The notes: generated by a model from the letters alone, not told the origin. Positions 49,654 to 60,720 are shown, numbered from the stretch's first letter. The stretch: 64,000 nucleotides of DNA from Candidatus Hermodarchaeota archaeon (GCA_016839805.1 JAEOTO010000032.1:160001-224000), one strand, 5' to 3'. A program made the numbers and translations.

Positions 49654-50723
49654 TCACGGAGGAGGCTGTGCCCTCCGATGACGTGCCTATTGTACTGTCG
49701 GGGACCATTTCAGATGAGAAACTATTTGAATCGGAAATCCGTGCTAGTGGGCGTGATTTTCAGTACTATCTTCGGCTGGGACGGACATTTGACTATCCTG
49801 CTGCTAAACAAATGGCTGAACTAGCCATCGAATTCGGTAACGTATCCGCGTTGCAAGCCTTGGCTCAACTCCAACCTATTGCCACTAGTGAAGCGATTTC
49901 CAGTCAAAATGGCGTTCACTTGATTGCGCGTTCAGCCCGAGAAGGTAATGTCGCTGCGCCCTTACTTTTTTTCCAACTCCGACATCAAATTCGAGGTAAA
50001 TATCGAGAAACTTTCCGAAAACTTGCCCGTGCTACCATTATCCATTCAGCGCTCCGGATTAGCGGTCGTGGTTTACGACCTGAAACAATTCAAAATGTTC
50101 CTTTCCATCCAGGTCTCAATGAATTCGATCTGGATGCTACACTAGAAGAAACCCTTCTAAAACCTGAATACGTTAGTTATACCGACATTGTCGGCATCGA
50201 GCGTGTAGCTCGAAGAAAAATCGGTACCATCATTCTCGATACTTCAGGATCCATGGCAGGTCTCAAATTGCTTACTGCCGCAACAGCAGCTGCGGTTGCT
50301 GCTTACCATCTTCGGCACGATAAATACGCGCTCATCGCTTTCAATACTGTCGCAAATACTGTCAAATCAATGGATCAACATACCACCATTGATTCTATCG
50401 TTGACACAATCCTCGATACCGAACCCGCTGGTTATACAAATATTGCTGACGCTCTCAAAACGGCTTATACCCAATATGAGCGCTCTCACCGGTATGAATC
50501 CTGGGCTATTCTCATTACTGACGGTATCGCCAACCGTGGTGGGTCACCAGAACCCTTTGCTCGTAAATATCAAAACCTCCATGTTCTTCAGACACCTGGG
50601 ACTCATCCCCAAGGTGAAGAAACCTGTCAACGCATCGCACTACTCGGTCGTGGACGTCACATTAAGGTAAACTCCTACACCGAAGTGCCACGTGCCCTAA
50701 TACGACTCTTACGACATACATAA
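49650..50723 (+). CDS. VWA domain protein (MoxR partner)
   Basis: MIDAS DTSGSM, GYTNI, LITDG. Confidence 0.88.
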   Translation: MITEEAVPSDDVPIVLSGTISDEKLFESEIRASGRDFQYYLRLGRTFDYPAAKQMAELAIEFGNVSALQALAQLQPIATSEAISSQNGVHLIARSAREGNVAAPLLFFQLRHQIRGKYRETFRKLARATIIHSALRISGRGLRPETIQNVPFHPGLNEFDLDATLEETLLKPEYVSYTDIVGIERVARRKIGTIILDTSGSMAGLKLLTAATAAAVAAYHLRHDKYALIAFNTVANTVKSMDQHTTIDSIVDTILDTEPAGYTNIADALKTAYTQYERSHRYESWAILITDGIANRGGSPEPFARKYQNLHVLQTPGTHPQGEETCQRIALLGRGRHIKVNSYTEVPRALIRLLRHT

Positions 50724-51083
50724 CAAGAGAAAGTTGGTTAATAGGGGAAAGGACAAACGCCTAATGGACCAATTTCTTCTCCAGGAAGAGGATACACATA
50801 ATTCACCAAAAGTTGGTGTGTAATTTCATACTTAAACACCAAAACATTTCGTACTATAGTATCGAAACAAAACCAAACTCATTTACTCAATTTTACAAAC
50901 GAATCTAAACAAACTTCGTAAGGCCAAATTACTTGCAAAAACTCTCTCAAAATCTCGTAAAAATAGTCCAACTCTTTTCGTGTAATTTTCTTTGTTTATA
51001 TAGAATTTTAGAACGGCTCCTATAGTAATAACAACTATGGAGGCATCTAACAAAATGTACCCCCCGCAACATCCCTTCCCTTA

Positions 51084-52841
51084 TTAAAAACTATTTTTCC
51101 TCCTTTTTTTTGACTTAATTTTTGGTAGTGTATTCTCTGTCCATACCCATTTTTTTGCATCAAAATCATAGTACTTTGGTTGAATTGGTGATTCAAAACC
51201 TGTCATTGCCTGCCAAGTAGGTTTCACTTGAAATGCTACATTGATTTCCTGGTTTGAAAAGATTTTTTGTAATGTTGATAGAACATCAACAGCATTATGA
51301 TTCGGGACATAAAGGAAAACATAACCATTACCATTTTCAAGAATTACTCCACTAATATTAGGAAGTATATGAAGCGATTGAAGTACTTGTATAGTTATTT
51401 CTCGTGGTTCGAAAATGTAAATTTGGATTACTGTGTCCAAGCCCACGTGGTAAAGAATCAATCCTTGTAGTTTGCTTACGTTGTTTTTTTCTAATTTCTT
51501 TATTTGTCTCCTAAATTTCATATGAGCTGAATCTGCAAGACCTGCGTAACGGGCTTCAAGTGATGGTTGTGCTGCTACTCGATCTGTGCTGAGAATAATT
51601 CTGTGATCTCGTCTAAAATATATGAAATCCTCAGGATTCAATTGAACAGGGAATTTCTGAGTGCTCTGTAATAAGTTGTAGGAAAATTCCAGTGAATACG
51701 TTTTTGGTATTTCTTCAACTGGTATCTCTTCTGATAAAATTGTACGAGATTTTTCGAGAATAACCGAAAAGTCTTGGGGCCATCCAATTTCGGGTATATA
51801 TGAACTAAGATTCCAGTTGTTAATAATCTCAGAGCTTCGTACGTTCATTAATATTGAGATCTTCTCTTGAACCACGAGGTCTTCTAACCAATCGTTAAAG
51901 GTCATTCTTTGGTTGTTTGGGATAAGTACTCTACAATGAAGTAGGTTATCCTGAATGAGGTTAATTAACCAGGTGTAACAAATTTCAGAAAAGAAAGATG
52001 AAATCTGCTGGCATTTCTTTTGGCTTGGTATCTGTAGAATTACCTCATGGGGAGTTAATCCGATTAATGGTAAGTTGATAAAGTGATATAAGCGAAGTAG
52101 ATGTCTTTGAGCAAGTTTATTCAACGCTTGACTAAGAGCAGAAGGGGTCATTTGAAGTTGTTTAGCAAGTTTGCTTTGATGGAGGGTAGTTATGTGTTTC
52201 AGCGTCAAAAGGATACGTAGCTCACTACTCGTAAGAGGGGTATGGGTCTCAAGCATCCACCGTTCAAGGGCGGCAGTATAGGTTGATGTGGCGAGGGGAG
52301 TGCCGGTGCTTGTGGGACGAATAGTGTTAAGCCAGTGGAGGGCGCGGTGGAGAAAGCTGCCGGCAACAACTTGATCGAAGAGGGGGAAGCCTAAGGGCGC
52401 GTCGTATATGTAGTGCTGGTAGTGTTGGGGTGGGGACACCTGCTTCCAGATCTTGGTAAACGCCTTATATTCAGATTCGGTATAGTTGCCGTAACGGAGA
52501 CCAGCGTAGAGGCCAAGGTCAGCCGCTTCGGGGATGTGACGTAGGTGAGGTAGAAGAAGGCTTAGGAGGGCTTCCCGCCAAAGCACCCAATCTAAGACAT
52601 GGGAGTCAGCATCTTTGAGGTCCCGGGCGAGGGCAACGTACCAACCGCCGCGTAGTTGGTTCGCAAGTTGTGTTTCAAGAGCGCCAAAGCGTGGGCGATC
52701 ATAGATTAACGGGTTGTCACCCCATACGAGGTAAAGAATACGGTCTTGCTTCCGGAATAAGGAATCCATAATGAGCTCGGTGGCTAATTGATCCTGTTTA
52801 CGATGGAACCTTTGCATCAGCTCACGCGACCTCGATGACAA
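51084..52841 (-). CDS. Large wHTH (MarR/Lrp-like) regulator, tandem paralog 1
   Basis: HQSKLAKQLQMTPSALSQALNKLAQRHLLR; shares LWREA, DLGLY, LERWM and YDF...WxW with 53198-54928. Confidence 0.65.
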   Translation of the reverse strand: MSSRSRELMQRFHRKQDQLATELIMDSLFRKQDRILYLVWGDNPLIYDRPRFGALETQLANQLRGGWYVALARDLKDADSHVLDWVLWREALLSLLLPHLRHIPEAADLGLYAGLRYGNYTESEYKAFTKIWKQVSPPQHYQHYIYDAPLGFPLFDQVVAGSFLHRALHWLNTIRPTSTGTPLATSTYTAALERWMLETHTPLTSSELRILLTLKHITTLHQSKLAKQLQMTPSALSQALNKLAQRHLLRLYHFINLPLIGLTPHEVILQIPSQKKCQQISSFFSEICYTWLINLIQDNLLHCRVLIPNNQRMTFNDWLEDLVVQEKISILMNVRSSEIINNWNLSSYIPEIGWPQDFSVILEKSRTILSEEIPVEEIPKTYSLEFSYNLLQSTQKFPVQLNPEDFIYFRRDHRIILSTDRVAAQPSLEARYAGLADSAHMKFRRQIKKLEKNNVSKLQGLILYHVGLDTVIQIYIFEPREITIQVLQSLHILPNISGVILENGNGYVFLYVPNHNAVDVLSTLQKIFSNQEINVAFQVKPTWQAMTGFESPIQPKYYDFDAKKWVWTENTLPKIKSKKRRKNSF

Positions 52842-53197
52842 TATTTAGCCATCCAACCACACGATGACTATACAAGGGATTCAGGTTAATTTTACCTTCC
52901 GATTATCCTTGAAGTATCAATAAATAAAAGAAAGGAAGGAAACCATCGAGGTTTCCTTTTAGTAAGTACTAAGTAGGAATCGATGTATGTCCCTTTTTAT
53001 TTCCTAAATATCATGAGGGTCAGGACGACGAGGGGGCCACATTGTTTTGATGCCTCCGAGGGTTATCTACTCTTCATTTCATGTAAGTTTCCCTTTAAAG
53101 ACCGAAAATTATTTGCAAAAAGTAGGATGGATTTTTTTTCTAAATGGACTTTTTGTGTAATAATCTGGTTATTGGTTGTTACATTCATGAATAATTA

Positions 53198-54928
53198 TCA
53201 GGTGCGAGGTAGTGGCAAGGTATCTTTTGTCCATATCCACATGTTTTTTCCAAAGTCGTAGTTAACAGAATCTATAGTATATGGTCCCGTCCATCCATAA
53301 GCTTCCCACGCAGGTCTAATTGCTGTAACGGCCGGAATTTCAAGGGCAGTGAGTAATTCGTTTAAGGAGATTTGTAGATATACAGCGGACTCAGAAGGTA
53401 CAAGAAGTGTAGCAACACCAGCTCCATCATCGAATATTCTTCCTGCAACGTGTGGAAACAGTTGACACGCAGTGAAGATTAGGCGAGTTTCCTCTATTGA
53501 TGATTCAAGGTATAGATAGAGAGCAGTATTTAAGCCAATATTTAACAACCCAAGTCCGAGTGGTGGGCTAATTACTTCATTTTTTTCAAGATATTTGACA
53601 CGTCGACGATAAGCCATGTGTTCAGATTCTTTATATCCAGCCTGCCTCAACTCATGGGACTCAAAAAACTTCATGTGCTCAGTAGCGAGATAAGCATCAG
53701 ATGCTCTTTGCATGAAAAAGAAATCTTGTTGTTTAATCTCGATGCTTTTTTTCGAATGAGAGGAAGCCAGCTTGTAAAAGTTAATGGGTGGTAAATGTGG
53801 AATCCATTCTTCTGATATTAATCTCGAAAAATTGTCAAATATTGATTCGATTTCAAGGGACCAGCCATCCTTTTGGGGGTCGTACAGATTAAAGTTTCGA
53901 GCGTGCATTCTTTCTGAAATCATTCGTAGTTCCGGTGAGCTAAGACCATAACTTGAAGACACTTGTTTAAGCCATTGGCGGAATCGTGTCATTCGTTCTG
54001 TTGGAATTAAGAATGAAGCTAAAAGCTGATTATTGAATTCTTGAATTGCAAGTGCATAACGAATTCTAGAGATTATTTGCGTCAGGGAATTTTTAATTCT
54101 CATATTCGAAGTAGAAAATTTGACTGTGATTGGTTGAAGACCAAGTATCGGATAATTTTCGAAGATAACAAACCGTAAAAGGTGTTTTTCTGCAAGTCTT
54201 TTAATTACTTGACTTATTGTTGGCTGGCGGATGTTGAGTTTATCAGCTAATTCGATCTGTGAACAGGTAAGACAATTGTTAATGCCCTTTAGGATTTTAA
54301 GTTCTATTGGTCGTAAAATTCTGTGATAGTTGAACATCCAGCGTTCGAGATTCTCAGCATAAGTCTGTGTGGTCATCTTCGTTGATAGTTGAAAGAATGG
54401 TTTGAACCATAGTTTGGTCTTCTGGAGAAAGGTACCATCTACAAGTTTATCGAAAAACGGAAACCCTGCTGTGGGAAAATAGCGGTAAAAGGTATATTCT
54501 ATAGGTGGTGATGTAATTTCCCAGATTTGGAGAAACCAGTGTCGCTGCTTCTTGGTTCTGAGTGCATAGCGGGAGTAGCAATATAGACCGAGATCAGAGG
54601 CTTCTTTTACAGAGCGTACTATTTTGGGTATGTGGAGTAGATAGGCTTCACGCCATAATACCGCATTAAGAAGATTCCTACGTTCAGTAAGCAATTCTTC
54701 CGATAATTCCAAAGTTAATTGATTGTTGGTGCTTGTTTCGTTAGCACCGAAGCGTGGTCCGGTGAGTTCGATTGGGTTTTGGATCCAGCGAATAGTAGTA
54801 TACGTGTCGAGGGATTCGGTACCAATAATCTGTTGTAATTGTCGTGCGATTTCATTAAAACGATGCAAAGCTTCTGTCTTTCGTTGCTTAAGGATTTCAT
54901 CTGAAATTTTAGAAGGATTTGTATTCAT
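53198..54928 (-). CDS. Large wHTH regulator, tandem paralog 2
   Basis: SQIELADKLNIRQPTISQVIKRLAEKHLLR; same motifs as the neighbouring gene. Confidence 0.65.
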   Translation of the reverse strand: MNTNPSKISDEILKQRKTEALHRFNEIARQLQQIIGTESLDTYTTIRWIQNPIELTGPRFGANETSTNNQLTLELSEELLTERRNLLNAVLWREAYLLHIPKIVRSVKEASDLGLYCYSRYALRTKKQRHWFLQIWEITSPPIEYTFYRYFPTAGFPFFDKLVDGTFLQKTKLWFKPFFQLSTKMTTQTYAENLERWMFNYHRILRPIELKILKGINNCLTCSQIELADKLNIRQPTISQVIKRLAEKHLLRFVIFENYPILGLQPITVKFSTSNMRIKNSLTQIISRIRYALAIQEFNNQLLASFLIPTERMTRFRQWLKQVSSSYGLSSPELRMISERMHARNFNLYDPQKDGWSLEIESIFDNFSRLISEEWIPHLPPINFYKLASSHSKKSIEIKQQDFFFMQRASDAYLATEHMKFFESHELRQAGYKESEHMAYRRRVKYLEKNEVISPPLGLGLLNIGLNTALYLYLESSIEETRLIFTACQLFPHVAGRIFDDGAGVATLLVPSESAVYLQISLNELLTALEIPAVTAIRPAWEAYGWTGPYTIDSVNYDFGKNMWIWTKDTLPLPRT

Positions 54929-55273
54929 TGTGAGAGTTCCCGTGGTTTTCCCTAGACTAGTCTATTCATGAATATGACATCTTAATAGTCTTAGGAAGAA
55001 TAAGTGATTGAAGGTGTGGAGTTTTTCTATTCTATAGTCTTGAGATGAATGGCGCGACTGCTTGGTCGTAGTCCGGGTGGCTGAGCGGTGTACAATCTGT
55101 GGGGTGGTTGGATGCCTCGCAACAATAATCGATTGCACATCTCCCCTCGTTGGATCCGACTGCCGATTGAGGGTCCGGAATCGTGCCGGGGGTACAATAC
55201 GGTAGTCGGAGCACGGCCACTACGTTAGCCAATTTTTATCAGAAATTGCTAACAGTTCAAATAGCAGAAGAAG

Positions 55274-55393
55274 TGGTAGCGGGGGGTTGATTTGAACAAC
55301 CGATCTCGGGGTTTCCCAAGGGGATTTATGAGCCCCGCGGGATATCAGGTCTCGGTGAGGAACACCAAGATATCCTGGCTACCCCACCCCGCT
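55274..55393 (-). tRNA. Initiator tRNA-Met(CAT) with two introns (D-loop 55344-55371; anticodon 55313-55326)
   Basis: A1-U72 AGCGGGG acceptor, GGGG/CCCC anticodon stem, BHB CAGG-ATA...CCTG-ATA and CTCA-TAA...TGGG-AAA. Confidence 0.92.
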
Positions 55394-55501
55394 TCCGAAG
55401 ATAATGGGAATCGTTAGAGAAGAGCCGGCGTTATTGATTTAAGCTTTGTGCCTTGAAGAAGATAAGCAACCGGTTCGCTTTGAGTGATGGAGAAGAAGTA
55501 G

Positions 55502-55578
55502 TGGTGGGTCGGACGGGCTTCGAACCCGCGACCTCTCGGTTATCAGCCGAGTGCCCTACCAAGCTAGGCCACCGACCC
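55502..55578 (-). tRNA. tRNA-Ile(GAT)
   Basis: Complete cloverleaf, loop CTGATAA, encoded CCA. Confidence 0.95.
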
Positions 55579-55649
55579 ACTCGTTGTTCGGGATTGCGCG
55601 TAGGGTTTTTCGTTTATATGGGTTTTGCCGATGCAGTGATGGGGTGAGT

Positions 55650-55724
55650 TGGTGGAGTGGCCGGGATTTGAACCCGGGGCCTCGTGTGTGCGAGACACGC
55701 GATCTACCGCTGATCTACCACCCC
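55650..55724 (-). tRNA. tRNA-Ala(CGC)
   Basis: G3:U70 pair, loop CTCGCAC, encoded CCA. Confidence 0.95.
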
Positions 55725-55737
55725 ACTGGGTTCGGGG

Positions 55738-58152
55738 TTATTTTGGTGGAAGTATTTGTGTGTTACCCTTTGTGGTGAATTCTAGGATCTCGATGTTGTG
55801 CATCTGTTTCAAGTCATTAGCATAGGGTTGTAGGTCTTTGGTCGTGGTGACTCGGGGTATTACCTCACGAAAGCTCATTTTGTGGTCTTTTTTATATTTC
55901 CATACATCTGCGTTGAACTGAGTTAATGTGTCAGTGGGATGGTCTTGGTCGATGATAGCAATAGGTTCGGGAAATAATTGTTTATGAATCGAACTGTCAG
56001 GGCTGTAGAGTGTGCGATGGATTTTATCGGTGATGTATGGGCAGATGGGAGCAAGGAGTTTGAGAATACTATGGAGCACGGAATGGAGAGTATGCCAAGC
56101 AGCGTTACGCTCAGCGGTATCTTCTTCACTGTAGGCACGACCCTTAACTAGTTCAAGGTAGTGACTAGCAAAAATGTCCCAAGTGAAGGTTCGGAGTTCA
56201 CGGGCGGGGATATGGAAATCGAGTTTGTCATAACCCTTGCGACTTTTTTTTATGAGGTTGTTGAGTTCAGTTAGAATCCAGTTATCGGTAGGTTGAAGGT
56301 CATCCTTGTCTGCGTTGATATAGGGGAAACCGGAGATAAAACGGGAAATGTTCCAGAGTTTAGTGAGGAATCGGTGAGCGCCAGCTAATCGACCTTCACT
56401 ATATCGGAAGTCAGAGCCAAGAGAGGCTTCGAGCGCGCCCCATAGTCGTAAGGCATCAGCTCCAAACTGGTTAATGATAGGGTTAGGATCGATGGTGTTA
56501 CCACGAGATTTACTCATGGCTTCACCCTTTTCATCGAGTCCGTGACCACTAATCCAGATGTATTTGAAAGCGGGAGCTTTGAAAAGTTGATAGATTCGGA
56601 GAATGGAATAGTAGAGCCAAGTTCGAACTATATCCTTGCCTTGTGGGCGAATGCTCGCTGGGAAGGCATGTTCGAAAAATTCATTATCTTTGGAATAAAA
56701 GATTGTAATAAGGGCGCTTATGGATGAATCCATCCAAGTGTCCATGGTGCGGGTTTCGCCTTCGAATCCTTCGGTAGCTCCACATTTGGGACATTTTTTG
56801 GTTGGTGGTGGTGTTTTCCATGGTTGATAATAAACACCTGGTGGTGGAACGATGGTTTCATTGCATTGAGTGCAATACCAGAGCGGAATTTCCGTTCCAT
56901 AAAAACGGCGTCGACTAATGGGCCAGTCATGGGTGACACTATTAATCCAATCAATGAGTATTTGTTTGTGTTTTGGTGGGAAGAATTCCATCTGGTCAGT
57001 AACAGTTAGGAGATCATCAATGTATGGAATTTGCTTCAAATAATATTCAGGCATAGCCACAAATTCAATGGGATTTCTGCTTCGCCAACACGTAGGGGTT
57101 CGATGGATGGTGGTATCTTGTTTGATAACAAGATCCTTTTTACTTAGGTCTTTGAGGATTGCGCTTCTTGCCTTGTTGACGGTCATTCCCTTATATGGGC
57201 CCGTTACTTCCGTCAGTTTTCCGTCGGGACCAAGTGCGTTAATAGGTTTAAGTTGCAGGTCTCGAAAGAGGCGCACGTCAGTATAATCACCATAACTGCA
57301 CACCATGACGACTCCGCTACCAAATTCGATGCGCGCCTCATGGTGAGGGATAATTGGTACATTCTTTTCGTATAGCGGTGTAACTGCTGTTTTGTTGTGG
57401 AGGTGTTTGTACCGTTCATCTTCTGGGTTAACAAGCACAGCTGCACATGCAGACAACAGTTCCGGTCGTGTTGTAGCAATCGGTAATTCTTCATTCGTAT
57501 CCTTTACAGAGAATTTTATTGTCGAGAGGGTTGTTTCGATGTCCTTGTATTCGACCTCGGCATCAGCAATGGTGGTTCCACATTCAGGACACCAATTGTT
57601 TGGTCGGTCATCGATGAAAATTTGGTTTTTGTTGAAGAGTTCTATGAAGGTGCTTTGTGTAACGGCTCGATATTCAGGGCTATCGGTTCGATACATCTCA
57701 TCATGTTTGAAGGAGTTACAACTCAATCCTAGACGCTGTGCCTGAGCCACGACTAATTCTTCATTTTGATCCAAGAATTTTGCACACATTTCTAGAAACT
57801 TTTGTCGCGGTATATCATGCATACTAATATTGTAGGCTATTTCGACTTGAACTTCAATAGGTAATCCGTTTCGGTCTAATCCCATAGGAAAGATGACTTC
57901 ATTTCCTTCCATGCGTTTTGTACGGGCAATCATATCAATTTGAGCATAGTGAATTGCACCTCCAACATGGAAGGGACCACTCAGATAAGGGGGTGGTGTG
58001 TCAACAGAGAAGATGGGGTTTTTAGTATCTCTTTCAAAAGTGTATAGCTGCTCCTTAGTCCATAACTGAAGGATTTCCTCCTCGATTTTTGGCTTCCAAC
58101 GCTTTTCTTTTAGCAGTATCTTTTGCCCCATCATTTCTAGCCTCTGCACCAT
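55738..58152 (-). CDS. valS: Valine--tRNA ligase
   Basis: DTPPPYLSG, FHVGG (HIGH), ATTRPE, DWPISR, DTWMDSS, AMSKS. Confidence 0.93.
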   Translation of the reverse strand: MVQRLEMMGQKILLKEKRWKPKIEEEILQLWTKEQLYTFERDTKNPIFSVDTPPPYLSGPFHVGGAIHYAQIDMIARTKRMEGNEVIFPMGLDRNGLPIEVQVEIAYNISMHDIPRQKFLEMCAKFLDQNEELVVAQAQRLGLSCNSFKHDEMYRTDSPEYRAVTQSTFIELFNKNQIFIDDRPNNWCPECGTTIADAEVEYKDIETTLSTIKFSVKDTNEELPIATTRPELLSACAAVLVNPEDERYKHLHNKTAVTPLYEKNVPIIPHHEARIEFGSGVVMVCSYGDYTDVRLFRDLQLKPINALGPDGKLTEVTGPYKGMTVNKARSAILKDLSKKDLVIKQDTTIHRTPTCWRSRNPIEFVAMPEYYLKQIPYIDDLLTVTDQMEFFPPKHKQILIDWINSVTHDWPISRRRFYGTEIPLWYCTQCNETIVPPPGVYYQPWKTPPPTKKCPKCGATEGFEGETRTMDTWMDSSISALITIFYSKDNEFFEHAFPASIRPQGKDIVRTWLYYSILRIYQLFKAPAFKYIWISGHGLDEKGEAMSKSRGNTIDPNPIINQFGADALRLWGALEASLGSDFRYSEGRLAGAHRFLTKLWNISRFISGFPYINADKDDLQPTDNWILTELNNLIKKSRKGYDKLDFHIPARELRTFTWDIFASHYLELVKGRAYSEEDTAERNAAWHTLHSVLHSILKLLAPICPYITDKIHRTLYSPDSSIHKQLFPEPIAIIDQDHPTDTLTQFNADVWKYKKDHKMSFREVIPRVTTTKDLQPYANDLKQMHNIEILEFTTKGNTQILPPK

Positions 58153-58267
58153 TCTTTAACTGAGTTACATGAAAGGAGCCATATTTGGCACTTGTTGTAT
58201 TTTTCTTTTTAACTAGGAGACGGCATTCTTTCGTATATTAAAAAGGCTTTCTCCAAGAATTTCTGAC

Positions 58268-59536
58268 CTAAGCCTGTTCAGCCCATCGTAAAATCGCTGC
58301 AAAACCTCGAAATGCACCTAGTAATTGTTTTCCTTCCTCAGTCTCAGGCGAGATGATTTCCAGCGTGGACCCAGTTTCTTGTGCTAGTTCGTTAAACTCT
58401 TCAATGATGTCTTGGGCTTTTTCAATTCCAAGGGACTGGTTATGACAGTTAGGACATTGTTGTTCTGCTAATTGATCTTCAAATTCGGAAATGGAATCAG
58501 GCTCTAAAGTTTTCTCGGAGCTGTAACCACAAGAACTACAAGTAATGGTAGCACGTTCATAATCAATACCTTCAGAAACTAATATTGTGTCAACAGCTCC
58601 TCGATCAAGAGCTTCTCGGACTTGTTTTTCTCCATATGTAGCACGACCTGTATCACGGGCGAGTTCACTGAGAAACCGTTGGACCAGGCGCTTTTCTTTA
58701 ACAAGTCGTTGGTTTCGTAGAATTTCCTCAGATTTCTCTACCAGAGCCCTAATGCCTTCTTCTCCCGCATATGCTGTATCGAGAACAGCCAAGATTTTGT
58801 CTTTGAGGGGGCTAGTGAGATAACCTTTCTCAGCAAAGACTGCCTTGGTAAATCCCGGTCCTCCGATAATTATTCCACTCAAATCGGAAATTTCCTCGAA
58901 CAGTTCTCGAGTCAATTCGCTTGATTTAGTGAGAAATTCGTGAGCTGCTTGTTCGATTAGCCGTTCAAATCGTCTCTGACTCTGACCTCCTGCTCGGTGT
59001 TTACCCATAATTCCCGATTTAAGCGTTTTAACAATCTTTAAATTAGTTCCTCTGAGGAGAGCCCATGCTGATTGACTACGATCGATTGAAATTAGCCCAT
59101 AACTGCTTTTAGGGCTTAACATATCACGGAGGGGATCAAGCCAGAACTCAGAGGCACATTGGTAGATATACACATTGACCGGTTCTGGTGGTTCAATGAG
59201 GTAAATTTCCATTTTTTCGCTACCTGGTGCCCCTTTCGGGATTGCGCCAGCAAATACTGCAAGTCCATTTGGAGGTGGTTTAGGAATGATTTTTAATCGC
59301 TGGATGACGGTTTGGATGGCGTCCATTACATTTTTTCGTGTCGATTTCGACTTGATGTTTGTTGCGGTCCCGTATTCAGTGCGTAGTGTTCCAATGACGT
59401 CACTTATTTGCCGGTCTGAAGGAATATAGAGAGTGATTAATTCCGTGTGTAGTCCTTTTTTTCGTGCTAAAGTGTCCACTACCTTCTTGAGTTTGAACCG
59501 CTGATACGATTCACTAGTAGTAGACATAGTGTACAA
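58268..59536 (-). CDS. prf1: Peptide chain release factor aRF1
   Basis: NIKS, YxC motif, GGQSQRRF, Zn ribbon in domain 3. Confidence 0.97.
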   Translation of the reverse strand: MYTMSTTSESYQRFKLKKVVDTLARKKGLHTELITLYIPSDRQISDVIGTLRTEYGTATNIKSKSTRKNVMDAIQTVIQRLKIIPKPPPNGLAVFAGAIPKGAPGSEKMEIYLIEPPEPVNVYIYQCASEFWLDPLRDMLSPKSSYGLISIDRSQSAWALLRGTNLKIVKTLKSGIMGKHRAGGQSQRRFERLIEQAAHEFLTKSSELTRELFEEISDLSGIIIGGPGFTKAVFAEKGYLTSPLKDKILAVLDTAYAGEEGIRALVEKSEEILRNQRLVKEKRLVQRFLSELARDTGRATYGEKQVREALDRGAVDTILVSEGIDYERATITCSSCGYSSEKTLEPDSISEFEDQLAEQQCPNCHNQSLGIEKAQDIIEEFNELAQETGSTLEIISPETEEGKQLLGAFRGFAAILRWAEQA

Positions 59537-59634
59537 CCCTTTTTATCGCGTAAAACGATATGAATACGCCATTGACTGCGAGCAGCAACACATTAAAGGT
59601 AATCATAAACTTTTCGAACTAAAGAGGCATCTCT

Positions 59635-60324
59635 ATGAAGCTTGTTCTCAAAATTGGTGGGTCACTCCTTTTTGGCAAAAACCAAGAATTCAATATAGAT
59701 CGATTTAAAAAATTTGCAGAAGTTATTCGGAAATTGAAAAATCAAAATCACGATCTAGTCTTGGTGGTTGGCGGAGGGATATTGGCAAAATCTTTGGTTG
59801 AACTGGGAAAAGTGTTAGAAGCCGAACATGATGACCTGGATCGCCTGGGAATTGCAGCCACATGGGTTTGTGCACAACTTATGATTGCTGCTTTAAGTGA
59901 CATAGCTTATCCTATCCCGATTATGACAGAGCAGCAGCTGACACGTCTCAAGGGAACTGAAAAAATCCTTGTTTTAGGAGGGTTGCTTCCTGGGCAATCA
60001 ACCAATGCTGTTGCCGCTTGTGCGGCAGAACTAACTAATTCAAGAATTCTGATCAATGCCACAGACGTAGAAGGTGTCTATAATGGTGACCCCAAGAGGT
60101 CCACGAAAGTAAAACTTCTTCCGGAATTGACAATCGAGCAATTACGCGTAATCGTTAGCTCGTTAGAAAGTGAACCAGGAACATATCCGCTTTTTGATAA
60201 ACGTGCTTTGGATGTCGCTAAACGGGCTCATATTGAGGTTTGGTTTGTTAATGGATCAAATCCTGAGAACATACTCTTAGCAATAGAAAAGAGAAAAATC
60301 GGTACACGGGTTGTGCCGTCGTGA
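59635..60324 (+). CDS. pyrH: UMP kinase
   Basis: KIGGS, VVGGG, DRLGIAAT, PGQST, DVEGVY..DP. Confidence 0.92.
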   Translation: MKLVLKIGGSLLFGKNQEFNIDRFKKFAEVIRKLKNQNHDLVLVVGGGILAKSLVELGKVLEAEHDDLDRLGIAATWVCAQLMIAALSDIAYPIPIMTEQQLTRLKGTEKILVLGGLLPGQSTNAVAACAAELTNSRILINATDVEGVYNGDPKRSTKVKLLPELTIEQLRVIVSSLESEPGTYPLFDKRALDVAKRAHIEVWFVNGSNPENILLAIEKRKIGTRVVPS

Positions 60325-60423
60325 ATTTCATCAAGGGAGATATCTTTCGAGGAACACTTTTTTCCTCACAGCTCCTTGTATTGGTAATAGCTTTCTTTCT
60401 AGCGGTGAGGTTGGCTTCATCCA

Positions 60424-60711
60424 ATGGGTCGATTAAAAGAGCTCTTCGGTGATACTCCACAGATAAGACTATTAGAAGTGCTAATTGAACAAAAGGATAC
60501 GACAATGCATCTTTCAATGTTAGCCCGGCGGGCTCAAGTATCTGTCTCCTCAGTGGAGCGGTGTCTTCTGCCTTTGATTAAAGTAGGTATCGTTTCTGAT
60601 ATTCGGTTCTTTCGACGACGAAGAATTTTGCATTTAAACCCGAAACATCCCATCGCGAAATTACTCGTGTCCTTTAAAGAAGAACTTGATAATGACTGGG
60701 GTTCTAGGTAA
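60424..60711 (+). CDS. Small winged-helix protein
   Basis: LFGDTPQIRLLE...LARRAQVSVSSV...LNPKHP. Confidence 0.75.
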   Translation: MGRLKELFGDTPQIRLLEVLIEQKDTTMHLSMLARRAQVSVSSVERCLLPLIKVGIVSDIRFFRRRRILHLNPKHPIAKLLVSFKEELDNDWGSR

Positions 60712-60720
60712 CACGCCTTT

